NCBI RefSeq assembly: GCF_006345805.1
Contig: NC_043018.1
Location: 27,342,001 to 27,406,000, forward strand
Reading direction: 5' to 3'
Source of the DNA: Octopus sinensis
Lineage: Eukaryota
Length of the DNA: 64,000 nucleotides
Shown: positions 12,831 to 24,842 of the stretch, piece by piece
Layout: every line of letters begins with the position of its first letter
Position numbering within the stretch: the first letter of the stretch is position 1
Made by a program: the position numbers and the translations under genes
Notes under the pieces: model-generated
Seen by the model: the letters and a program-made list of their open reading frames with translations, nothing else
What the model was told of the DNA's origin: nothing
Databases searched by the model: none

Positions 12831-13722
12831 TCCAGTATTTATTCCAGCGTTTGTGTTCCGAAGTTTGATTTTTAAGGGTAGATTTAATCCTTGGCCAGTT
12901 AGTTTAATATCCCCACCAGGTTTTAGGGGTATGTTTAGTGGTAGAGTTCATTTATTCAGTTTTGACCATTAGAATCAGGTCTCCGAGTGAATATTACATG
13001 CTTCACCTTCTGCAAGCTTCGTAGAGCCTTGAACAATAAAAATATCTGGATACTTTCCCTCCCACTCCCACCCAAACTGTACAATAAATGAATATTTTGA
13101 TTGAATATATTTACATTTAAACAGTAAAATAGATGTATGTATCCGGCAACGGAAAGTCCCCAACGACGTAACATCGGCCTATGGATTCGACCAGACATCT
13201 TCCTGCTACGAGCGATTTGTCTTCTTTGTTTGGTTATGGTGAAGGTGTTGGGGAGAGCATCCACCTTGTTGCTTGCCCTGTTACGAACGGCAAAAAGTCT
13301 TTCTCCACTCATTGAGCAAAAACCAATGAGAAGCTTCTAGATAGTCACTCATCTTGCTAGACTAAGCAATCAAATCGACCTTAAGCCACAACATACTATA
13401 CCTAAATAGAAGGCAACGAGCTGTCAGAAGCGTTAACGAATTGGACGAAATGCTTAGCGGCATTTTTTGCAAAAACATTATGTTCGGTATTCGAATTTCG
13501 CTGAGGTCGACTTTACCATTCATCCGTTTCGGATCGATAAAATAAGTACCAGTTGAGCACTGGGAGTCGATGTATTCGACTAATTCGTTTCCTCTCAAAA
13601 TTGCCGGCCTTGTGCCAACATTAGAAACAACTACCTTAATAAAACGGGGCAAATTTAATCATTTTTCCCGCCTCCCCACCTTAGAATACGGGGTGGTCAT
13701 GGGTGGAAACGACAACAGCAAC

Positions 13723-13755
<33 letters not shown>

Positions 13756-13988
13756 CATCAAACACAACAACAGTAACAACTCAACTAAACGCTAGGCTCC
13801 AGGAACAAAATATCATAACAGATGGCGCTTAATTAAAAATCAATCACATATGGTGTTCAAATAAGAATCAATTATTGAATCGATTTATACTGATCGAAAT
13901 AGCTACTTCTCAAGTTCCTCTCACCACGTTTTGCTTGCCTCTTTCTCTTTCCCCTCACCACGTTACACATGTGCACACACACACACAG

Positions 13989-14045
<57 letters not shown>

Positions 14046-14158
14046 CAAGTATGTGTATATATATATGTATGTATGTGTGTGCGCGTGTGTGTATATATAC
14101 ATGCACAAAATTTGTATATGTATTTATATGTATGTATGGGTGTATTCACACGCACACA

Positions 14159-14197
<39 letters not shown>

Positions 14198-14414
14198 GTA
14201 TACATATATACATATATATACATACACACATATATGTGTGTGTGTGTGTGTGTGTTATATGTACGCACATACACATACTGAGGTTGGCCTAGTTAAAAGT
14301 GGATTCAAGTGTCATATCTCTGCTCATATTCTGTTTTGTAGCAGGCAAAGCTGTGTAGTTAAGAAAGTCGCTTTGCAACCATGTGGTTTCGGGTTCAGAC
14401 TTCTGCAATTACCT

Positions 14415-14717
14415 CTCGCTGGTCAGAGCGTGAAGTCGTGAGTTCGATTCCTGGATTGGGCTGTGCGTTGTGTTCTTGAGCAAGACATGTTGCTCCAGTT
14501 CACTCAGCTGTAGAAATGAGTTGCGATGTCACTGGTGCCAAGCTGAATCGGTCCCTTGCTTTTCCCTTGGATAACATCAGTGGCGAGGAAAAGGATGGTA
14601 TGCATGCGTGACTGCTGCTCTTCCGTAAACAACATTGTCTGGACTTGTGTCTCGGAGGGGAACTTTCCAGGTGTAATCTCATGGTAATTCATAACCGAAG
14701 GGGGACTTTACCCTTAC
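14415..14717 (+). mobile_element. tRNA-derived SINE family D
   Basis: B box GAGTTCGATTCC; central ttgagcaagac..ccagttcactcagctgtagaaatgagt. Confidence 0.65.
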
Positions 14718-15220
14718 ATATATACGTACGGATATACATACACACACATATACATACATACATGCATACATACAAACATACATACATGCAATTGTGTGAA
14801 TATATATAGATGGGAAGAGAGATGTGCGTGTGCGTTTATGTGTCTTTGTGCTTGACCTTACCAGCTGCTTGATAACCAATGCTGGTTTGTTTACGTCCAC
14901 ATAACTCAACGGTTCGAAGACCAATAGATTAAATATAAGAGTTGAAAATAAGCATTGGAGTCGATTTGTTCGAGTAAACAGTGTCCCATCGCGAAATATA
15001 TCTTTTATCTTGTTTGAAAATATGGAAGTTATATATTTTTAAAATGACTAAACAATGTTTATAACAATATACAATTTTCTCACACAACAAATTGTAATTA
15101 CAATAAACTAGAAGTGGGTTTCTCGTAATTTGCACGACATCTTTCAGTCGTTTGACATTCCAGCAGAGTTGTGTGACGCAACTCAGCTGTCAACTCGGTA
15201 TAAGCCGCCATAATACTCAC

Positions 15221-15304
15221 TTTCACTCCTTGAATATTCGTAGGACGAAAGTAATGTAACCCTTCATTTGATGAATCCCTTACGTAAGCGGTTGCAAGAA
15301 AACT
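15221..15304 (-). CDS. Candidate 84-nt host exon
   Basis: Acceptor ctcctttcgaaatctccag and donor GTGAGT. Frame SFLATAYVRDSSNEGLHYFRPTNIQGVK. There is a competing internal GTAAGG donor. Confidence 0.3.
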
Positions 15305-15661
15305 CTGGAGATTTCGAAAGGAGATCATTATGCTTTCCATCTGATCGAACCAAATTGTGCATTCATGGATTTGATTACCGTAGAAATTTTTTAAATTGTT
15401 ATATAAAGTTTTTAATATTCTTATAAAATGATATAACTCACCAAATTATAAAGGAAATATATATATAAAGGATAAATATATAGAGTGTAGTATTTACTGA
15501 ATATACGACAAAATACAGTCGGCCAGTTTAAGTTGTTCAAGCTTTTATGTATATATGTATGTATGTTCGTATGTATGTATGTATGTATGTATGTATGTAT
15601 GTATGTATGTATGTATGTATGTATGTATGTATGTATGTATGTATGTATGTATGTATGTATG

Positions 15662-15695
<34 letters not shown>

Positions 15696-16299
15696 TGTAT
15701 GTATGTATGTATGTATGTATGTTTATATGTATGTATGTACGTACGTACGTACGTACGTATGTATGTATGTATGTATATATGTATGTATGTATGTATGTAT
15801 GTCATTGTTCAGTCTTATTTCAAGATTTGTTGCCAGTAGAGGAAGAGTTGGTTTCCCACCTACATCCAAGGCTCCTTCATTGGCATTTCAACATCAGCAA
15901 CAGGGTATTTTTGTATGTATGTATGTATGCATGTATGTATGCACGAACGTATGTATGCATGTATGCATATGTGCAGACTTGTATGTTTTTGTATTATTTA
16001 TGTATACTAATGCATGTAGTTGCATATCTAGACATGCACACATATATATAAATGATAAACTTCTGGAAAGTTTTACAGAGTTTTACAGTTCCATTGATGG
16101 ATTGAATCTGTAGTCTTCGAATTACCTTTCTCCTTTCTGGTTTCGAGAAGATTAATTTCTCAACATAAATATTTAGGCAGTGTGTTGTATGGACTTGTGT
16201 CTCGGAGGGGAACTTTCCAGGTGTAATCTCATGGTAATTCATAACCGAAGGGGGACTTTACCCTTACTTATGTATGTATGTATGTATGTATATGTATGT

Positions 16300-16675
16300 C
16301 CGACAGATATGATTAGTATGGTGTGATACACCACCACCAGTGGCCAGGTTGTCACTCATCTGAGTCATAGAGCAAGACAGATGAGTGACAACCTGGCCAC
16401 TGGTGGTGGTGTAACACACCATACTAATCATATCTGTCGGGCATGTGGAAGAGAGTGTAATTCGGCAGGAGGACTTAAACGACATGCAAAGGTACATGAA
16501 GCCCAGTTACAACTACAGCCGGCTATTACCTATAAAGCTTTTAGTTGCCAATTCTGTACAAGACATTGTAGATCTTTGGCTGGGCTAAAAAGTCACATTC
16601 GATCACAGCACCAGTAACAGTTAAGCTTCGTGCAATGGCCATACTCGATAACGAGGGGGCAGCCATAATAATAAT
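16300..16675 (+). mobile_element. RTE-type LINE 3' end encoding two C2H2-like fingers, with a 5' inverted duplication
   Basis: CRACGRECNSAGGLKRHAKVH and CQFCTRHCRSLAGLKSHIRSQH. A short 3' UTR ends gagggggcagcc(ATA)n. 63-bp inverted arms at 16300-16362 / 16378-16440. Confidence 0.75.
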
Positions 16676-16829
16676 GCATGTATGTATTTGTGTCTATTCT
16701 GCTTTTAATCTTTTAAATTCACCCTTTGAGAAAGGAACTGGTTTCTAAGAAAGAAACAAAGATCCATTTTTGGAATGTAGATGACAAAATTAAAGTCACA
16801 TTTTAAACTTAAGAAAAGTTTTGAGCCAT

Positions 16830-17005
16830 TTCACTGAAGTATATAAATGTGAGTTTATAATCCGGATATAGAATTCGAAGAAGTTGTCCATAGTTATATT
16901 CTTTCTCTTTAATTTTTCAAAGAGATAATCACATCAGCAGGACAGCCGATTTCTATTATGGTACATACTTTTTCTTGTCTCTCCCAAACATCTATACCTG
17001 GCATG
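16830..17005 (-). pseudogene. Decayed RLE endonuclease fragment of another RLE LINE
   Basis: PGIDVWERQEKVCTIIEIGCPADVIISLK / KEKEYNYGQLLRILYPDYKLTFI across a frameshift, a PD..E..K-type pattern. Confidence 0.6.
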
Positions 17006-17068
17006 TCTATATTTCACCAATATTTTGTGTATGTATGTATGTATGTATGTATGTACGTATGCATGAAT

Positions 17069-17620
17069 GTCAGGTCACTTTCGAGTGCTACAGGTAACAT
17101 GTAACCCAATACAACCTGTTGCATGGTCGGGTCATCGGCGACTAAACTGGCAATCCCACCAAGCTTGCTTGGTGAGGAGGGTGTTTATTGGACACCCTGC
17201 GGGATGAAAAACAAAAACCCGTCAAAGGGCGGAGGAACTCTTGAGAGTCAACGGCCATCCAATAAATGTCTTAAGGCTGTATCATGCGCGGGGACATAGA
17301 AATAATCGGACTGAATACCCGATTGCGCAGTTAAACCATTGGGAGTGAAGAACTCCTAGCCTTTGTTAGGGCATCCTTCTAGCAGAAGGTAACTCAGGTA
17401 ACTGGGATAACTCCGACATAAAACCTGCAGCTCAGTGGTTACCGATGATGTTGACTTGTTCTTCTTTTCGGATTATGGCTGCTGTTGCTTAGTGAGTGGG
17501 ATTGACTCAGTGCACAGCCTTTCCTCACTTCAAAAAAAATCTTCTTGCATAGGCATTGCATGATAACAATATTGATTAAGCTTCGAGCAATGGCCATACG
17601 AGGGGGCAGCCACCACACCA
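17069..17620 (+). mobile_element. ~550-bp non-autonomous RTE-like element (probable 5' UTR fused to an RTE 3' end)
   Basis: Its 3' end ttaagcttcgagcaatggccat..acgagggggcagcc is shared with 16621-16665. No ORF. Confidence 0.6.
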
Positions 17621-18029
17621 TGTATCTTTGTACGTATGTGAATGTATGTATCTATGTGTAGGTATGTATCTATCTAGCTGTCTAAGAAAACGCTTTTCTC
17701 TCACTCACTCACTTCTCTCTCTACTGGCGCACTCGTACGTGTCTGTATTTGCGTGTATGTAAGTGTATATATTTAAGTATGTGTCTTCGAAAACATACTT
17801 GCATATACATTCTATTTACGCACACCGATTTATGCACACACTTTCACATACACATATATACATTCTTTCATAGTTTTACTTGTTTCGGTCATTTGACTGC
17901 TCACATGCTGGAGCAGGAACTTGAATAAATATATATATATAATTTAGGTTAGTTGAAATATGCTTGTCACATATTTCAACTAACGCAAATAGTGATTTTA
18001 CGTAAACACTGCTTAGCACATTCACTCCG

Positions 18030-18060
<31 letters not shown>

Positions 18061-18061
18061 T

Positions 18062-18418
18062 TGTAGCACTCCGTCGGTTACGACGACGAGGGTTCCAGTT
18101 GATTCGATCAACGGAACAACCTGCTCATAAAATTAAGGTGCAAGTGGCTGAGTATTCCACATACACGTGTACCGTTAACGCAGTTCTCGTGGAGGTTCAG
18201 CGTGAAAATAAAAGTACAAGAGAAACAGGAAGAAAGAGTGAAAGAAAGTTGTGAAAGTGAAAGGAATACAGCAGGGTTCGCTAGCACTCCCTGCTGGAGC
18301 TTCGTGGAGCTTGAGGTGTTTTCGCTCAATAATCACTCAGAACTCCCGGTCTGGGAATCGAAACCGCGATCCTATGACCGCGATGCGCTGCCCTAATTAC
18401 TTGGCCATTGAGCCTCAC
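18062..18418 (-). mobile_element. Older SINE family C copy
   Basis: Diverged match to 30661-31046 with an internal deletion. Confidence 0.8.
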
Positions 18419-18423
18419 ACACA

Positions 18424-18567
18424 TTCTTCTTCTTCTTCTTCTTCTTCTTCTTCTTCTTCTTCTTCTTCTTCTTCTTCTTCTTCTTCTTCTTCTTCTTCTT
18501 CTTCTTCTTCTTCTTCTTCTTCTTCTTCTTCTTCTTCTTCTTCTTCTTCTTCTTCTTCTTCTTCTTC
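18424..18567. repeat. Uninterrupted (TTC)~48 tract
   Basis: Direct inspection. Confidence 0.97.
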
Positions 18568-18653
18568 AAACAACTGACAAGCAACTCTGTGGTATTGAGC
18601 AGATTATTTGCTGCAGCCCATCTTTTATACCAAGACAAAACAATGTACATGAT
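18568..18653 (-). mobile_element. Fragment of the ~550-bp repeat, ending at the same catgat junction
   Basis: aaacaactgacaagc..aacaatgtacatgat matches 19285-19368. Confidence 0.7.
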
Positions 18654-18665
18654 ATTATTATTATT

Positions 18666-18882
<217 letters not shown>

Positions 18883-19431
18883 GAGTGAGAGAGCAGTGCA
18901 TGCCATCAAAGTGACACTGGGGTAAAATATACGAAGCCCAGTATACCCATCATGACTACCCGTCTGATAAGGGTACACCAGGCACATGCATCACAACCAT
19001 ATGTGCGCGACATGGTGATCTCATATCAAGATAAACAGCACATGACCTTACACGTGGGGCCCAGTTAGAATTTTCTTCAGGTTGAGTAGCCCATCCCGCT
19101 CAAAAGGTCCCTGAATAAGGGTTGTTTAAGGATGTTGAAAGAACCACCCATGTTTCCAGAGGGAATTATTCAAACCCCAAAGAATCCCTCTCAACACATG
19201 GCTATGGCTTCCCCTACTTCTGCTCGTGATCAGAGATGCACATATCGTCAGCCACTAAGGGACATGCTCAACTGGTTATGGTCAAACAACTGACAAGCAA
19301 ATCTGTGGTATTGAGCAGAATATTTGCTGTAGCCCATCTTTTATACCAAGACAAAACAATGTACATGATAACACTTCCAATCAGTTAAGATCAGAAGCCA
19401 TGAGAGCCACTGCCTGGTACTGCATCAGGGC

Positions 19432-19433
<2 letters not shown>
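18883..19433 (-). mobile_element. ~550-bp non-coding (TAA)n-resident repeat, full copy; putative non-autonomous Dong partner
   Basis: Homologous to 57527-58361, 61975-62469 and 18568-18653. Both ends abut (TTA)n. No ORF and no clear tRNA head. Strand is assigned by co-orientation with Dong. Confidence 0.7.
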
Positions 19434-19501
<68 letters not shown>

Positions 19502-19529
19502 ATCATTATTATTAAACACATATACTAAT

Positions 19530-19939
19530 GGCGCAGGAGTGGCTGTGTGGTAAGTAGCTTGTTTACCAACCACATGGTTCCGGGTTCAGTCCCACTGCGC
19601 GGCACCTTGGGTAAGTGTCTTCTACGAAGCCTCGGGCCGACCAAAGCCTTGTGAGTGGATTTGGTAGACGGAAACTGAAAGAAGCCCGTCGTATATATGT
19701 ATATATATATGCGTGTGTGTGTTTCTGTGTCTGTGTTGGTCCCCTAGCATTGCTTGACAACCGATGCTGGTGTGTTTATGTCCCCGTCACTTAGCGGTTC
19801 GGCAAAAGAGACCGATAGAATAAGTACTGGGCTTACAAAAGAATAAGTCCCGGGGTCGAGTTGCTCAATTAAAGGCGGTGCTCCAGCATGGCCGCAGTCA
19901 AATGACTGAAACAAGTAAAAGAGTAAAAGAGTAAAGAGT
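19530..19939 (+). mobile_element. SINE family A, full copy
   Basis: A box TGGCTGTGTGG, B box GGTTCAGTCCC, internal (TA/TG)n and (GAGTAAAA)n tail. Confidence 0.9.
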
Positions 19940-20440
19940 AATGTATATTCTTTGTGCATTTTCTAGTAGCTGCAATGGCGTAGCGAAGTATATAAACTCT
20001 CATGTCGCCGGTGTTAGAACACCTTGGTCATGGACAGGCAACAGGAGAATATATACTCCGCTACGCCACAGCAGCCACCGGGAAAATTCACAAAGCATAT
20101 ACTTTAATATATGTATTTAACGATATTCATTACACTAGAGCTGCTTTTACTTCAGATGTGAATATATATATTTGTTGTTTGGAGCCCCAGGATATATGAT
20201 GTTGATTACCTCGTTTCGATGGCGTATAAGTAATCGAGATTACAACATTCTGTGTACAGAATGCCGATCTGGTGCAAGATTCAGGGCGAGAAATTTTGAG
20301 GGAGGGACGAAACTGATGTCATTGACCCCAGTACTTGATTGGTACTTTATTTTGTCGACAATGAGACGACGAAAGGTAAAGTTCATGGGATTTGAAGAAA
20401 TGCAACCAAACAGCGAATCCGTCAGATGGCTTTATATATA

Positions 20441-20639
20441 CAGGGTGTTCAAAAAGTCTCTCCGCAGTGAGTTTTTATTTTCTCCAAGTTGTATTTCAAA
20501 ACATGTGTTGAAGAGTCAGCTTGTGCATTGAAAATGAAGGACGACACTTTCAACACCTCTTATAAAGATTTTTTCTTAAAGTCTTGTAAAGTCTAATATA
20601 TTTTTTTGCACTCTTATACCATCTTATAAATACTGCACC

Positions 20640-20642
<3 letters not shown>
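20441..20642. mobile_element. Possible Tc1/mariner-type MITE
   Basis: TA|CAGGGTG ... CACCCCA|TA ends. The TIR is short and imperfect. Confidence 0.4.
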
Positions 20643-20671
<29 letters not shown>

Positions 20672-20673
<2 letters not shown>

Positions 20674-20862
20674 TTTACTCTTTTACTCTTTTATTTGTTT
20701 CAGTCATTTGACTGCGGCCATGCTGGAGCACCACTTTTAGTCGAGGAAATCGACCCCAGGACTTATTGTTTGTAAGCCTAGTACTTATTCTAAGAAAACG
20801 GGACTGAACCCGGAACCATGTGGTTGGTAAGCAAGCTACTTACCACACAGCCACACCTGCGC

Positions 20863-20863
<1 letters not shown>
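20672..20863 (-). mobile_element. SINE family A, internally deleted
   Basis: Head joined to tail with the central body missing. Confidence 0.8.
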
Positions 20864-20897
<34 letters not shown>

Positions 20898-22038
20898 ATG
20901 GAGAAATTATACAAAATGTATAAATAAATGATGAATAAATCACCGGCACAGTTTCGATTACCTGTTGTTATCCGTAGATTTATTGCAGGAACTTCGTAGT
21001 GGCGGTTAGGGTAACAATATTAATAAAATAGATGGAATGAGTAAAATATTTTATTGGGTACGACACATGTTTCGAGGCGTTCAGGTTCTCTTTGAGTACA
21101 TCAATAGAAAAAATGTCTTACTAGAGATTTTTTGATTCGGTTTTACGTGTCGCTATATGTCCATCAACTTTGAGAGTGAATTAAAAAACAGAGCAAAATT
21201 GAAACTCAAAAAATTCAGATATGAACGTGAAAACTATACATTCTAGTTTAGAGAAAATGACGTAATGAGCCTTCGCTGTTGTAACTGTTAAGAGAAAGAA
21301 AATGATGTAGAAGTTGAAAGGAAGATAATACTTAGACGAAAGATTTTTTTTTGTTCGTGCTTAGATGCACCCATACATACACAGATACATATATGTACGC
21401 ACATATGCATTGGCGCTCACATACGCACATCCAAGCATATGGGTATATACATACTGTTAGCTCCCCCGTCGTTTTCTCTAATTCCCCTTTCACCGTTTTC
21501 TATCTGTCTCTCTCTTCCCATCTTTTTCCTTCTCTATCGCTCATCGCTCACACGTAACCATCGTCCATCTTTCTTTACTTCATGTGACCATCGTTATTTT
21601 CTTTCAAGTCTGTCCTAAGAACTGGATGTATCCTATATCACACTTTTCCATCTTTTTTCTTGTCATAGAAGATATTTCTCCAGCGTTCGCTATTTTAACT
21701 TCGCTCTGGTCTAACGACACTCCATGTTTGTTTTCGTTCGGTTTCCTTGTATGTCTCCACTGTCCTGTTTTTGTTCCCAATTTTGACCCTCCATAAATCC
21801 AAAATTATATTTTGGTACATATGGGAGCAACTGTCTTCGAAGACACTATGCTCAAAATGCTGAGTAGATAGACAGCCCACAACTGACGAAGAGTCGTTCT
21901 TTGTGTTACTTGTCCTGTTTTCCACTTGTTTCTCTTGTTGCTTGCGTATTGAACTCATTTGTGTTCGTATTTCATGTTGCTTACTGTTGGTAACGTCCTG
22001 TATTCATATATGCATATGTATATATGTGTGTGTATATG

Positions 22039-22117
<79 letters not shown>

Positions 22118-22119
<2 letters not shown>

Positions 22120-22448
22120 TATTAGTGAATTGAAGAAATGGAGTTGAACGAAGATTGAAGAGAATTCCTTTTATTGCATTCTACACATGTTTCAAAAGCC
22201 ACAATTTTCCAAATTCTGATTAAATAAGGATACCATATTGTGGCTTTCTCGTTCAAATTGCTTTGCTGCGCCTCTGTTCTGTTTTGTTCTGCCAACGGAA
22301 TTCCTATTTTTTTCCTGAAGAGAAAGCCACAATATGGTATCCTTATTTAATCAGAATTTGGAAAATTGTGCTTTTGAAACATGTGTAGAATGCAATAAAA
22401 GAATTCTCTTCAATCTTCGTTCAACTCCTTTCTTCAATCACTAATAAT
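22118..22448. repeat. Inverted repeat with ~130-bp arms (PLE pseudo-LTR-like)
   Basis: 22118-22250 is the reverse complement of 22320-22448 with a few indels. 70-bp unique spacer. Confidence 0.85.
22312..22392 (+). ncRNA. Type-I hammerhead ribozyme fold in the right arm of an inverted repeat
   Basis: UUC-CUGAAGA-GAAAGCCACAAU..AUUGUGCUUUU-GAAAC-AUGU-GUA-GAA. Proximal stem I is only 3 bp. Confidence 0.6.
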
Positions 22449-22600
22449 ATTAAAATTCATTATCCGCACCAACACGGTTGCAACACCAAATGGTTTTAAT
22501 CTCCAACCGTGCTTTCTTCTGCTGTGATTTTTTTCTACCAAGGTATCGGTTAAACTTTTGATTAATCTGCAACAAGATTATTCATCTTTCTATTTTACCA

Positions 22601-22640
<40 letters not shown>

Positions 22641-22683
22641 TATGATATATATATATATACATATATATATATATTACACATAG

Positions 22684-23014
22684 AAGTGGATGTGTGGTAA
22701 GTAGCTTGTTTATCAACCACATGGTTCCGGGTTCAGTCCCACTGCGTGACACCTAGTGCAAGTGTCTTCTACTATAGCCTCGGGCCGACCAAAGCCTTGT
22801 GAGTGGATTTGGTAGACGGAAACTGAAAGAAGCCCGTCGTATATATGTATATATATATATGCGTGTGTGTGTTTGTCCCCTGTGCTTGACAACCGATGAT
22901 GGTGTGTTTATGTCCCCGTTACCTAGACCGATAGAATAAGTACTGGGCTTACAAAAGAATAAGTCTCGGGGTCGAGTTGCTCGATTAAACAAGTAAAAGA
23001 GTAAAAGAGTAAAG
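22684..23014 (+). mobile_element. SINE family A
   Basis: Head, body and tail match family A. Confidence 0.85.
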
Positions 23015-23647
23015 ATAAGAGTATATATACGCATACATACATTCGTGCATATATACATACACGTGCACATAAAGATTGCATATGTACATGCATCTACTCT
23101 GATACACCCAAACACACAGGCACATATGTACATACCACCTCATCAATGTGGCTTTTCCCGCCCGCCCACTCCCCATGCTGTATACCCATTTTTATATGCT
23201 ATGCTTACAGCCAAACACCTATACGTCTTTCAATATATTGATTGAACCACAAAGGAAAACATGAAGTATGCATATGTATATATAAATAAATATATATGTA
23301 TGTGTACCTGTGTGTGCGTGCGCGCGCATGTGTGTACATGTATTTATGAATGTATATATAGTATGTGTACATGTATATATCATGTGTGTGTATAAATATA
23401 TATATAAATATATAATGTATGTATATATATATCTATGTACATACGTATGCATGTATACATAATTTATATATATATAAATATATGTATGTATATCTATATA
23501 TAAGTACGTACATACGTGTGTATGCATACATAGATTTATATATACATACATATGTATACACACACACACACACCCTTTTATATATATATATATATATATA
23601 TATGGGTGTGTGTATGTATATAATATATATATATGGGTGTGTGTGTG

Positions 23648-23688
<41 letters not shown>

Positions 23689-24082
23689 CTATGTTATGTG
23701 TAGATATTCTTATTTATATATCGATATTTATAATTTATAATTGTGTATACATTTTATACGCATTGACGCACACATATGCTTCGTCTTTCTCTCTCTCTCT
23801 CTCTCTCTCCCTCACTCCCTCCTCTCTTCCTCTCTCCCTCCCCTTCTCCTTCTCTCTCTCCCTCTCCCTCTCTCATATCCGCGCATATACACATTATCAG
23901 TCACACAAATATATGTGTATATATGAATAGATATCTATGTGTGGATATATATATATCTATTTTCTCAATTTTTAGTTTTTATATATATATTTAATTATTT
24001 ATTTATTCCTACATTTATTTATTTTTCATTCAATCATTTATACGTTTATTTAATTAATTCTTTAGTTTTGTTTTGTGTATAG

Positions 24083-24241
24083 CAAGAAGTGAAGATAGTA
24101 GATATCAATCTGACCCAGCCATCCGACCGATCAACCAGCCACGCCCCATCTTCAGTGCTTAGGATTTCACGACGATCGATTGAGCAAGCTGCCAACGGAT
24201 TGACCCACCAACACCACCACCCCACCACCACCATTGAGTAA
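24083..24241 (+). CDS. Candidate host exon
   Basis: Acceptor tagttttgttttgtgtatag. Frame QEVKIVDINLTQPSDRSTSHAPSSVLRISRRSIEQAANGLTHQHHHPTTTIE*. Possible donor GTAAAA at 24238. Confidence 0.25.
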   Translation, partial: QEVKIVDINLTQPSDRSTSHAPSSVLRISRRSIEQAANGLTHQHHHPTTTIE

Positions 24242-24249
24242 AACAACAA

Positions 24250-24284
<35 letters not shown>

Positions 24285-24408
24285 GCAGCAGCAGCAGCAA
24301 CAGCAACAAGAACAACTATACAGCCTGACAGTCAGACAGATAGCCACACCCGTATTAATAGCTTACATATGGACGTTTAGCCTAGAAGAAAGTAGAGAAA
24401 AATGTGTG

Positions 24409-24449
<41 letters not shown>

Positions 24450-24506
24450 ATATTTATATATATGTATATATATATATTTAATGTAATATCTATATATATA
24501 CAATAC

Positions 24507-24564
<58 letters not shown>

Positions 24565-24794
24565 TATATATGTATATATATGTGTATGTGTGCATGTATA
24601 TATTATAGGTATACATGTGTGTCTAGATGTATGTATTATGCATGTATGTATATATATATTTTATGTATATACATATATATACCATATATATACATACATA
24701 TATATGTAATATATAATATATATGTGTATGTGTGTCGTGTATATATATAGGTATACATGTATGTCTAGATGTATGTATTATGCATGTATGTATG

Positions 24795-24842
<48 letters not shown>

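Noticed and set aside
12956-13340. Terminal-exon candidates (GSTKLAEGEACNIHSET*; MSGERLFAVR..)
   Set aside because: Several equally plausible frames and splice sites on both strands, and none is distinguishable from chance.
16381-16617. Two C2H2-like fingers as a host zinc-finger gene
   Set aside because: No linker array or splice context. It ends in an RTE-type short 3' UTR with an (ATA)n tail and has a retrotransposition-type 5' junction.
19530-19600. tRNA genes (A/B boxes at many SINE heads, also 28720-28793, 30661-30735, 41520-41590)
   Set aside because: No closing acceptor stem or terminator. Each continues into a repeated SINE body.
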